Shown: positions 28,861 to 37,647 of the stretch, piece by piece
How positions within the stretch are numbered: the stretch's first letter is position 1
How the letters are laid out: the number at the start of each line of letters is the position of its first letter
Assembly (NCBI GenBank): GCA_016700095.1
Contig: CP065002.1
Coordinates: forward strand, 643,667-707,666
From: Candidatus Woesebacteria bacterium
GTDB lineage: Bacteria; Patescibacteriota; Microgenomatia; UBA8517
Length of the DNA stretch: 64,000 nucleotides
Direction: 5' to 3'
Made by a program: the position numbers and the translations under genes
The notes under the pieces: generated by a model
The model's input: only the letters and a program-made list of their open reading frames with translations
What the model was told of the DNA's origin: nothing
The model's database searches: none

Positions 28861-28915
28861 GAACACTGGTCTTTGCGAACCAGATATGGGGGTTTACACT
28901 CCTTCCGGGGGCACA
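28861..28915 (+). other. Degenerate copy of the 3' half of tRNA-Arg(UCG), from anticodon stem to acceptor
   Basis: GAACACTGGTCTTTGCGAACCAGATATGGGGGTTTACACTCCTTCCGGGGGCA versus the tRNA GAACACTGGTCTTCGGAACCAGATATGGGGGTTCGACTCCTCCCGGGGGCA. Confidence 0.7.
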
Positions 28916-29201
28916 ATATTTAATGATTGTTCTACCTTCTGATACGCACTTTGTTCGGGATTGGCAAGAGATAAGATACCGAGAGTAATATTTTGGGTTA
29001 AAGGTTTAAGTGAGAAAACACACTAATTATCGGTAATTAATTCACAATAAACATTTCCCCTGTCAGTTACTTGCTACTTGATTTAAATAGTATGTAAAAG
29101 ATAATATACACAATTGTTGTATACTTAAGAGTCTGGAAAAAGTGATATTCATCCCCCACTTACAGGTAGTTTAATATCGTAAAGAGGATAAGTGCTTAAT
29201 T

Positions 29202-31121
29202 ATGAAAACAAATAAAAATACCAGTGTCTTAATGATGGCATTCGGCGCACTTGGCGTGGTGTATGGTGACATTGGTACATCCCCACTTTATGCAATTAAA
29301 GAAATATTTTTTGGAATTCACCATCACCTGGAGATTGAAACACTAAACGTCTTGGGTGCGATATCATTGGTATTTTGGGCAATAACGGTTATTGTTTCTT
29401 TCAAGTACATCGTTTTTGTGCTGAGAGCAGACAACGAAGGCGAAGGTGGTGTATTTGCTCTTTATAGTTTAATTTCAACGATCAAATCGAGATTTAAAAG
29501 AATATTTTCGGCATTGTTGGTTTTAGGTGCAGGTTTACTGTTTGGAGATGGGATAATTACACCTGCCATAAGCGTAGTATCCGCAGTTGAAGGACTAAAT
29601 GTTCTTACAAGCGATTTTGAACATTATGTCGTGCCTATTACAATTGTCATTCTTACCGGCCTTTTTGCTATTCAAAGTAGGGGTACGGCTAAACTTGGAA
29701 AAATATTTGGACCAATTGTTTTAACTTGGTTTATTTGTATTGGAACCATTGGTCTTTGGCATACTTTACAAACACCTGAGATTTTAAAAGCGATCAATCC
29801 AATTTATATTATTCATTTTGTTAACCACCAGTCCATAAAACACATCATGGTGATATTGGGTTCCGTAATGCTAGTTGTAACTGGAGGTGAAGCAATGTAC
29901 GCAGACATGGGGCATTTTGGTAGAACACCTATTCGCATGAGTTGGTTTTGAGTTGCAATGCCAGCATTACTTTTAAATTATTTTGGCCAAGGGGCGTTTC
30001 TTTTGTCCGGTCAGCAAGTAATTAATAGTAATTTATTTTTTAGCCTGTATCCAAATTGGGCTCTAATTCCAATGGTCGTTTTGGCTACCCTTGCAACCAT
30101 AATTGCATCGCAGGCATTAATTACAGGTGCATTTTCTTTGACCACTCAAGCTATTAATCTTAAATTATTGCCTTTCACGAAAACAATTCATACACATGAA
30201 CACCATGAAGGCCAAATATATGTTCCTTTTGTAAATTGGGCATTATATGTGGGATGCATTAGTTTGGTTATTGTATTTAAATCCAGCAGTAACATGGCAG
30301 CTGCATATGGATTAGCAGTATCTCTTGTAATGTTTATAACTACCTTAGTTATGATCGAGGTAACCATTGATAAATGGAACTGGTCAAAAATAAAAGCCCT
30401 TTCGTTATTTGTACCCCTGGCTTTGATTGACTTAAGCTTTTTGTTGTCTAATTCAGTTAAGTTTTTTGTAGGTGGTTATGTGCCGTTAATGATTGCCCTT
30501 TCACTATATGTAATTATGAAATCGTGGAATTGGGGTGAAAAACATACCGAGCATGCGTTACGTGATTTAGGTACGTTAACAATTAAAAACCTAGTTGACA
30601 TAAAAAAGACAGCAAAACACTTCGTCGATAAATCGGTGGTCTTCATGTCCTCGGAAAATATACTGGACGAAAATAGTACGGTTTCTACACTTGAACAAGT
30701 ATACTGGGAAAGAGTTGGTATGTTACCCAAACACATACTATTACTTCATATATCCAGGTTGAAAGTACCTCACGCTACACAAAAAGAATATCAGGTGAAA
30801 AAATTTTTTGAAGACGATAAGAAAGGAAGTATTACTTTAGTAAAATACAAGTATGGTTTTATGGAAGAACCTCGTATTAATGAAATACTTGTACGTCTTG
30901 CTAAACACAAAGAAATTAACATAGATATCCATCCTTCGCAGTGGTCGGTACACGTTCTTAAGCCCAATATCCAACTTGAAAGAAGACTGAGTCCAAAGGA
31001 ATATATAAAACACAAGCTATATAGATTCATTGCAAATAACGCAACGACGCAGGATCAGTTCTGGGATTTGGACGCCGCTGCAAATCTAACAATTCAGTCT
31101 ATTCCGGTTAGGATACTATAG
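29202..31121 (+). pseudogene. kup: KUP/HAK/KT potassium transporter interrupted by a single in-frame TGA (29949-29951); both parts are in the same frame
   Basis: GVVYGDIGTSPLY signature; ...[30 protein letters not shown] aligns with Kup ...[21 protein letters not shown] without a gap. Confidence 0.7.
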
Positions 31122-31217
31122 CTAACCAAATATAGAAACTAAAATAATTAAAACCATGTGTAGTGTTAGAAATATTTAGTTTAAATGTGGTAAGAAATAA
31201 ATTGCTCGAAGCTAAAT

Positions 31218-31226
31218 TGCTATAAT
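31218..31226 (+). promoter_or_regulatory. Extended -10 TGcTATAAT, 30 nt upstream of the antiporter gene
   Basis: Same 9-mer as at 11418 and 37630. Confidence 0.35.
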
Positions 31227-31256
31227 AACGAACTTCTAATGTAAAATAATCTAAAT

Positions 31257-33218
31257 ATGCACGGAATCATAATAAACATAGGGTTTGTAAGTGTCTTTTT
31301 GTTAATTATTGCAATTCTACGGCATATTAGTTCAAAATCCAGTTTTCCCTATACTGTTGGTCTTTTGTTATTTGGATTTACCGCTCAGTTTTTGGTTGAT
31401 TATTTTACCCTTCCTCTTCATATAAAACTAAACACGGATATTATTTATATGATAATTTTACCCATACTTCTGTTTGAGGCTGCAATCCAAATAAACATTC
31501 ATCAATTCAAAATCCAGTTTAAAACGATAACTTTTCTTGCCACCTTTGGGATTATCGTTTCGACACTAACAGTGGCACTTATATTAAATATATTCACGGG
31601 TATGCCAATTTATGCAGCTTTATTATTTGGATCGTTGATATCTGCTACCGATCCGATTGCGGTACTTGCGATTTTTAAAAATCTAGGGGCACCAAGGAGG
31701 TTGGGTTTAATTGCTGATGGAGAGAGCATGTTTAATGATGCCACGGCTGTCATCTTATTTAAAATTCTACTTGGAATTGCGTTAGGGTCGTCATATTTTA
31801 CGGCTCACACAATGTTGGCGGGTTTTTTTCACTTCGTATATATTTTTCTTGGAAGCATGGTGTTTGGTGTACTAATTGCCTTTGTCGCGATATGGATAAT
31901 TGAAAAAATACACACGGATAGATTGATTGAAGCATCGATAACAATCGTTTTGGCTTATACCTCGTTTGCAGCAGCCGAGCATTTTTTCCACCTTTCGGGC
32001 GTAATTGCCTGTGTCATTTCCGCAGTTGTGTTGGGCAATTTTGGGAAGGCAAAAATATCCGACAAAATCATGCCTTTTGTGGTGGAAACCTGGGAATACT
32101 TGGGTTTTATTGCTTTATCAATCGTATTTTTTCTCGCTTCCTTTACGTTAAAACTTAATATCTTTAGTTTGAATTATATTTTTATTGCCTATGCAATCAT
32201 TGCAATGCTTGCGGCAAGATCACTTTCTGTATACTTGACGCTTTTAATTACAAACACTACTCGCTTTTTTAGAAACGAGCCTAACGTTCCACTTTCGTGG
32301 CAACATGTTCTAAACTGGGGTGGAATAAGAGGAGTGATACCACTCGTTCTCGTTTTTTCCATACCGCCAACTTATCCGTACTATGAAGTAATATTTGATC
32401 TAACCATGGGGTGTCTTTTGTTTACTTTATTTGTAAATGCACTAACGATAAAGCCTTTATTGTTTAAATTGGGTTTGCATTTACCGGATCGCATGGAAGA
32501 ACTGGCCAAAAAACAAAACAAACTTGTCCACGATGAGAAATTGTATGGGATTGTTGGAAAGTATAAACAGGGTGTTTTGACGAGTGATCTGGTTGGCGAA
32601 TGGAAACAAAAAATTACTAACGATAAAAATAGCATCTTAAGTGAAATTATTATTGAAAAAGACATGCAGACAATTGAGAATAGTCTGAAGTACGAAGCCT
32701 TAAAGATTCAAAAAGCAGAATTAGAAAAATTGCTCTCAATCGGACGAGTCGGATATATGTCAGCATATGAATTTGAAGCTCAGCTTGATTTACAGATTGA
32801 CGCACTTGAATACCCGGAAGTATATTCGGGTAAGGCGGTGAGTATGGATCAGGCAGTGAATTCTCTGAGTAGTTTGCGTCTCAGATTGTCGCGTATGAGG
32901 AAAAAATTATTACATTTGCCTTTACTTAAATATTTTGCCAAAGATGTCAATAATTCACTTGTTTTGACAAGATGGGAACTTCTCGAGTCAAGGATGTTAA
33001 CAACCGTACCCGTTATGGAGTATTTAAATGTACTGGCTAAGCTAATTAGCGAACCTACATGGAAGGAAACAATCGATAAACTGCGAGAGGATTACTTGGC
33101 ATTAAATACCAAAAACGAGAGTGAGATGGCGAAACTAAAAGAAAAATACGAGGTTGTAATATTTAACCGTAAACAAAACATCTTTAATAAGATTATTGAT
33201 GATGAGGCGTTGGCTTGA
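31257..33218 (+). CDS. CPA1-family Na+/H+ (cation/proton) antiporter with long cytoplasmic C-terminal domain
   Basis: LFGSLISATDPIAVLAIF and GESMFNDATAV motifs, about 12 TM, plus a 250-aa soluble tail. Confidence 0.8.
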   Translation: MHGIIINIGFVSVFLLIIAILRHISSKSSFPYTVGLLLFGFTAQFLVDYFTLPLHIKLNTDIIYMIILPILLFEAAIQINIHQFKIQFKTITFLATFGIIVSTLTVALILNIFTGMPIYAALLFGSLISATDPIAVLAIFKNLGAPRRLGLIADGESMFNDATAVILFKILLGIALGSSYFTAHTMLAGFFHFVYIFLGSMVFGVLIAFVAIWIIEKIHTDRLIEASITIVLAYTSFAAAEHFFHLSGVIACVISAVVLGNFGKAKISDKIMPFVVETWEYLGFIALSIVFFLASFTLKLNIFSLNYIFIAYAIIAMLAARSLSVYLTLLITNTTRFFRNEPNVPLSWQHVLNWGGIRGVIPLVLVFSIPPTYPYYEVIFDLTMGCLLFTLFVNALTIKPLLFKLGLHLPDRMEELAKKQNKLVHDEKLYGIVGKYKQGVLTSDLVGEWKQKITNDKNSILSEIIIEKDMQTIENSLKYEALKIQKAELEKLLSIGRVGYMSAYEFEAQLDLQIDALEYPEVYSGKAVSMDQAVNSLSSLRLRLSRMRKKLLHLPLLKYFAKDVNNSLVLTRWELLESRMLTTVPVMEYLNVLAKLISEPTWKETIDKLREDYLALNTKNESEMAKLKEKYEVVIFNRKQNIFNKIIDDEALA

Positions 33219-33277
33219 GAATGTTCCCTTGCTAATATTTACTTTGCCCAAAGCTATGTCGAAATGGTAAAATACCT

Positions 33278-33311
33278 CTAATATTAAGTTCGACTTAATA
33301 TGTATTTATTT
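33278..33311 (+). terminator. Putative intrinsic terminator: AT-rich hairpin (TAATATTAAGT-tcg-ACTTAATAT) followed by a T-tract
   Basis: Sits 60 nt after the antiporter stop. The stem is weak (AT only). Confidence 0.3.
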
Positions 33312-33408
33312 TAAGGGTGGTAGTCTTATTGACACACCTAAAAACTTATACTTTAACATTTGCGGGTAAGCTCGCCTGCAATAGGCAGTGCGTTAGTAGT
33401 TGCAGGAA

Positions 33409-33867
33409 GGTAGACACATAAGCTTGTCCGAACAAGGTGTGAGGAGGAGTGAAACGACAAATCTTGTCAAGCTTTGCTTGCAGGTGATTTGATTTTTAGA
33501 TAAATAATATGCCGTGGTGGTGGAATCGGTAGACACATAAGCTTGTCCGAACAAGGTGTGAGGAGGAGTGAAACGACAAATCTTGTCAAGCTTTGCTTGC
33601 AGGTGATTTGATTTTTAAATAAATAATATGCCGTGGTGGTGGAATCGGTAGACACGCATGCTTGTCCGAACAAGGTGTGAGGAGGAGTGAAACGACAAAT
33701 CTTGTCAAGCTTTGCTTGCAGTGATTTGATTTTTAAAATAAATAATATGCCGTGGTGGTGGAATCGGTAGACACGCAAGCTTGTCCGAACAAGGTGTGAG
33801 GAGGAGTGAAACGACAAATCTTGTCAAGCTTTGCTTGCAGGTGATTTGATTTTTAAATAAATAATAT
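33409..33867 (+). repeat. Tandem 119-bp repeat (3 full units at 33511, 33630 and 33749, plus a degenerate leading copy); each unit begins with the first 31 nt of tRNA-Leu(UAA)
   Basis: Unit: GCCGTGGTGGTGGAATCGGTAGACAC(A/G)(T/C)A(A/T)G + CTTGTCCGAACAAGGTGTGAGGAGGAGTGAAACGACAAATCTTGTCAAGCTTTGCTTGCAGGTGATTTGATTTTTAAATAAATAATAT. Units are more than 95% identical. Confidence 0.9.
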
Positions 33868-33953
33868 GCCGTGGTGGTGGAATCGGTAGACACGCAAGAC
33901 TTAAAATCTTGTGACCATTATTGGTCGTGCGGGTTCAAGTCCCGCCCTCGGCA
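33868..33953 (+). tRNA. tRNA-Leu (anticodon UAA), type II; U5:U68 mismatch in the acceptor stem
   Basis: GCCGTGGTGGTGGAATCGGTAGACACGCAAGA-CUUAAAA-TCTTG, variable stem GACCA/TGGTC, T-arm GCGGGTTCAAGTCCCGC. Confidence 0.7.
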
Positions 33954-34064
33954 CAATTTAGATGATGGCTATTAGTTTTTAGTTATCTGAAAAAGATTAG
34001 CTATTTACCTACATACACGTGTATGCGTTGAAAGCGAAGTTTGTTGGAATTTAATAATTAATAT

Positions 34065-34137
34065 TCGGGGTGTAGCTCAGTTGGCAGAGTGCGCGCTTTG
34101 GGAGCGTGAGGTCGCCGGTTCGAGCCCGGCCACCCCG
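34065..34137 (+). tRNA. tRNA-Pro (anticodon UGG)
   Basis: CGGGGTGTAGCTCAGTTGGCAGAGT, anticodon loop UU-UGG-GA, T-arm GCCGGTTCGAGCCCGGC. Confidence 0.75.
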
Positions 34138-34147
34138 ACACTAAATA

Positions 34148-34591
34148 ATGAAGTGGAAGTCAAAAATCTGGATAATATTGTCACTTATAGCGCTGATTGG
34201 ATTAGTTGATGCCGGCTATTTGACGTACGAGCATTACATCAATCCCCTTGGTGGTTGTACATTGGGTGGCTGTCAGGAAGTTACAACCAGTAAGTACTCT
34301 GTAATATTTGGTATAATCCCCCTGTCGTTAACCGGTATGTTGTATTACGGCTTAGTATTAGTGCTTAGTGTCTTGTCGTGGTTGCTTGAAAAGGAGAGAC
34401 TACTTAAAATCGTTAGTTATTTTACATTTGTAGGACTACTTGCTTCAATCTACTTCGTCTATCTTCAGTTAATTGTACTTAAATCAATTTGCCCATACTG
34501 CATGCTGTCGGCTTGTACTTCAACTCTTCTTTGCATTGTTGGAGTTGTATTTATAAAATTAGAATCAGTAATGAAAAGTAACAATGTTTAA
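34148..34591 (+). CDS. VKOR-family (vitamin K epoxide reductase-like) membrane thiol oxidoreductase
   Basis: A loop Cys pair (CTLGGC) plus a CPYC CXXC at a TM-helix start. 4-5 TM. Confidence 0.5.
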   Translation: MKWKSKIWIILSLIALIGLVDAGYLTYEHYINPLGGCTLGGCQEVTTSKYSVIFGIIPLSLTGMLYYGLVLVLSVLSWLLEKERLLKIVSYFTFVGLLASIYFVYLQLIVLKSICPYCMLSACTSTLLCIVGVVFIKLESVMKSNNV

Positions 34592-34988
34592 TTGTCTAAT
34601 ACAAACTAACACACTTAAATATTTAAGCGAAGAATTAGCTACGATATCGCTAATTATAGGCATTTTTATTATCCTTAAGTTTTCCCTTGGGGTAGTAACA
34701 AAAAAGACTGTAAACATAAAAATTCTTTTATCAGAAGGTGAAACTTTCTTCCTTAAGTTATTTTTTGGGTATCTATTGTTTACAATCGGGTATCTAAAAA
34801 CACCAATTATTAAATCTACCGATATTTATATAGCCGGGATATTGGGATTTATTTTGGCATTGACATACCACCTGGTATATTTACTGGAGAGAAGAAAATA
34901 TAAAAATATTTCGTTTATATTTAATGTACTTTTTTACGTATCATTAATACTGGTAATCGCTTTTGAATACACGAGGTGTAGTTTGTAA
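34584..34988 (+). CDS. Hypothetical membrane protein
   Basis: Four hydrophobic helices. Overlaps the VKOR gene by 8 nt. Confidence 0.3.
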   Translation: MFNCLIQTNTLKYLSEELATISLIIGIFIILKFSLGVVTKKTVNIKILLSEGETFFLKLFFGYLLFTIGYLKTPIIKSTDIYIAGILGFILALTYHLVYLLERRKYKNISFIFNVLFYVSLILVIAFEYTRCSL

Positions 34989-35085
34989 ACGCAGTATGCT
35001 TATGTCGTTGAGCGATTCTTTGCCATGTAGTAGAATAGAAAGCTAATTGCGGGGGAAAGAAATATTTTATCCCGCTCAAAGATTC

Positions 35086-35162
35086 GCGGGAATAGCTCAG
35101 TTGGTTAGAGCGTCAGTTTTCCAAACTGAAGGTCGCGGGTTCGAGACCCGTTTCCCGCTCCA
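35086..35162 (+). tRNA. tRNA-Gly (anticodon UCC) with encoded CCA
   Basis: GCGGGAATAGCTCAGTTGGTTAGAGC, anticodon loop UU-UCC-AA, T-arm GCGGGTTCGAGACCCGT, 3' end ...TTCCCGC-T-CCA. Confidence 0.8.
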
Positions 35163-35330
35163 GGATATCAAGGTATTTTTACCTTCTTGTTAATAAATAT
35201 AATTACGACATAGTGTAACTAGTCTGTATTTTTTCTAAAGATGTTAAAAAGTAAAGAAGGGATCGTTGAGCGAAGTTAGACACAACTTCTTTTTATTTTT
35301 CGATTTAACAAATTTGGTTACTTTACGATA

Positions 35331-35987
35331 ATGATTAAAAACATCTTAGATGTATTTAGAGAATATTTTCTAATTCTCAAATTGAAAATATTGTCGATTG
35401 TTCACAAAACACCTCCCGCCATATGGAATATTGGCGAAAAACAAGCCTTAATCATTCCGGGTTTTGGAGGAAATTGGTATTGCTTGAAACAAATTGGTGA
35501 TGTGTTAAACAGAAAAGGTTATAAAATAATTCCTGTAAAAAATCTGGTACACGGCACTCTCTCGATAGAAGAAAGCGTTAATAGAGTTAAAAACTTGATC
35601 GACAAAAACGACCTCAAGAATTTTGTAATTGTTGCACACAGTAAGGGTGGAATTATTGCCAAGGAGTTGTTGCTGTTACCCGATTACGAAAGACGTATAA
35701 ACAAGGCAATATGTATTGCCGTACCGTTTGGTGGAAGTGTATTTGGGAAATTGAAAGTATTTAACTTAGAAGAAATTGAACCTGGGTCCAAACTACTGGT
35801 AAGGCAAAATGCAATTACAAGCGTAAATTCTAAAATTGTAAATATATATCCTTCACTTGATAATCATGTAATACCGAATAAGAATCTAACGATAAAGGGT
35901 GCAATTAATATTAAACTTGATATTGTCGGTCATACACGTATACTATTTTCGAAAAGTATAAAAAAAGAAATTGAAAAAGTTACATAA
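35331..35987 (+). CDS. Alpha/beta-hydrolase (lipase/esterase-like)
   Basis: VAHSKGG nucleophile elbow (GxSxG) and alpha/beta-hydrolase layout. Confidence 0.55.
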   Translation: MIKNILDVFREYFLILKLKILSIVHKTPPAIWNIGEKQALIIPGFGGNWYCLKQIGDVLNRKGYKIIPVKNLVHGTLSIEESVNRVKNLIDKNDLKNFVIVAHSKGGIIAKELLLLPDYERRINKAICIAVPFGGSVFGKLKVFNLEEIEPGSKLLVRQNAITSVNSKIVNIYPSLDNHVIPNKNLTIKGAINIKLDIVGHTRILFSKSIKKEIEKVT

Positions 35988-36134
35988 GTGTAAGTCAAAT
36001 AGATAACTAGAGCAGTTGAAATATCCGTATGTTTATGGCTATATCTTCCAGTAATCGATTGTTTTAAAATATCAAGTGATATTATTAGATGGCGCGATAA
36101 TTTATAATTTCCATAAAATGACTTACATCTTCAC

Positions 36135-36854
36135 ATGACAAGAGACATTACAGCTATCTTTGACATAGACAAGACTATTTATGAAGGTTATAGTCTGATT
36201 GATTTTGTTGAATTTATGCATTCGGAAGGAGACTTCCCTGTCAAACAATATGACAAACTAAAAGAAACCTTTTTGCAATACAAGAAAAATATTATTACTT
36301 ATGATCAAGCCGTAGACATATCAATTAATGTATTCACCAAGGGTTTGGAGGGAAAAGGTTATCAAGATATTAAAATTAAGGCAGAGAAGTTTTGGGCATA
36401 TAATTTTAATAAGGTTTATGAATTCGCAAAATTAAGTATTGACTATCTACATGGAGTGAACGCAAAAACAATAGCAATATCCGGTTCAATCAATGAAATC
36501 GTATATCCTTTGGTACACAAATTGAATTTCGATACATCTTATTTGACAGAAATTGTAAAGAAGAATAATGTCTTTTCGGGTGAAGTGATTAGAAATAACG
36601 GACTTTCCAAAAGTAAAGAGGATATAGTCAAACAAATATTTAGTGACATAAACAAAGATAGTATGACGATTGGTTTTGGAGACAGTATCGCTGATTTTAC
36701 TTTTTTAGATAAAGTGGATATTCCAGTTGTAGTGGGTAAGCATGATTACGAACTTGAAAAATTAGTAAAGATAAAAGGCTGGACTATTATCGAGGATCCG
36801 CGAAACGATACCAAATTTTCAATTGCAAACTTAATTACCGATTTCTTGCAATAA
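36135..36854 (+). CDS. HAD-superfamily phosphatase (subfamily IB-like)
   Basis: IFDIDKTI (DxDxT motif I) and GFGDSIADF (motif IV). Confidence 0.65.
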   Translation: MTRDITAIFDIDKTIYEGYSLIDFVEFMHSEGDFPVKQYDKLKETFLQYKKNIITYDQAVDISINVFTKGLEGKGYQDIKIKAEKFWAYNFNKVYEFAKLSIDYLHGVNAKTIAISGSINEIVYPLVHKLNFDTSYLTEIVKKNNVFSGEVIRNNGLSKSKEDIVKQIFSDINKDSMTIGFGDSIADFTFLDKVDIPVVVGKHDYELEKLVKIKGWTIIEDPRNDTKFSIANLITDFLQ

Positions 36855-36918
36855 CATTAAAACCTTTTGACTAATAAATAGTTAGACATTGACTATGTAA
36901 CTATATTTAGCGCAAGTT

Positions 36919-37341
36919 ATGAAATACTCTTATACGACAGTAGACAAAAGAAAGCTATACGACATACCTCATGCCGATTTAATAAAAATGCTTGATATGG
37001 CCAAAAAAGCCATGAAGCATTGCTATCCAGTCAAAAACGAAGGTTTTAGTGTAAGTGTGCTTACTGACAAGGGAAATATTTATACAGGTGCATCTTACAA
37101 ATCCGACACAGCGACACTGACAATGCATTCTGAAGCCGTCGCTTTGACACATGCCGCACAACATGGTGAGACTAATATTATTGCCATCACGGGACCAAAT
37201 TGTCATATTTGTAAACAGTTGATATGGGAAAGTAGCTTAAAAAGTAATATTGAAATTCAAATAATTATTGAAGAGAATGGACTTATAAATAAAATACCTA
37301 TTTCCTCACTAATGCCTTATCCTTGGCCCGAGAGAGAATAG
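36919..37341 (+). CDS. Cytidine/deoxycytidylate-deaminase-fold zinc protein
   Basis: HSE...(25 aa)...PNCHIC is the H-x-E / P-C-x-x-C zinc-binding pattern. Confidence 0.5.
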   Translation: MKYSYTTVDKRKLYDIPHADLIKMLDMAKKAMKHCYPVKNEGFSVSVLTDKGNIYTGASYKSDTATLTMHSEAVALTHAAQHGETNIIAITGPNCHICKQLIWESSLKSNIEIQIIIEENGLINKIPISSLMPYPWPERE

Positions 37342-37355
37342 TTGTCGATTAATGA

Positions 37356-37541
37356 TTAGCGTCTAGATTTCTTTTTTCTTCCTTTTTTGCCTTGCAGATA
37401 TTCCTGTGCTCTTAAATGTCTTAAATACGAAAGACGTTGGGGGTTTATACCTGGTACGATCTCTTTTTCATCGACCGGATTTATGCCATGCTGGGCAAGA
37501 AACAGTTCATATGCCCTGGCGTTTGGTTTTATATTTTCCAT
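37356..37541 (-). CDS. Small basic hypothetical protein
   Basis: 61 aa ending KKGRKKKSRR. Confidence 0.3.
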   Translation of the reverse strand: MENIKPNARAYELFLAQHGINPVDEKEIVPGINPQRLSYLRHLRAQEYLQGKKGRKKKSRR

Positions 37542-37628
37542 TAACGGTATTTTACACTTTACACTTACACTTTATAAATAAATATATAAAGTCATCACAC
37601 TATTAGTCTAAGTTAAAGGTGCGGATTT

Positions 37629-37638
37629 TTGCTATAAT
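37629..37638 (+). promoter_or_regulatory. Extended -10 TGcTATAAT, 10 nt upstream of the pyrD ATG (near-leaderless)
   Basis: TTTTTGCTATAATGCGTTTAGCATG. Confidence 0.4.
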
Positions 37639-37647
37639 GCGTTTAGC

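Noticed and set aside
28481-28988. ORF-track entries 28481..28738(-), 28512..28988(+), 28590..28916(-) and 28627..28923(+), which encode decapeptide repeats
   Set aside because: They are artefacts of the 30-bp tandem array and overlap tRNA-Arg. The same periodic ORF appears in several frames and on both strands.
33467-33893. ORFs 33467..33817(-) and 33705..33893(-)
   Set aside because: They are generated by the 119-bp tandem repeat and the tRNA-Leu 5' fragments, and carry no coding signal.
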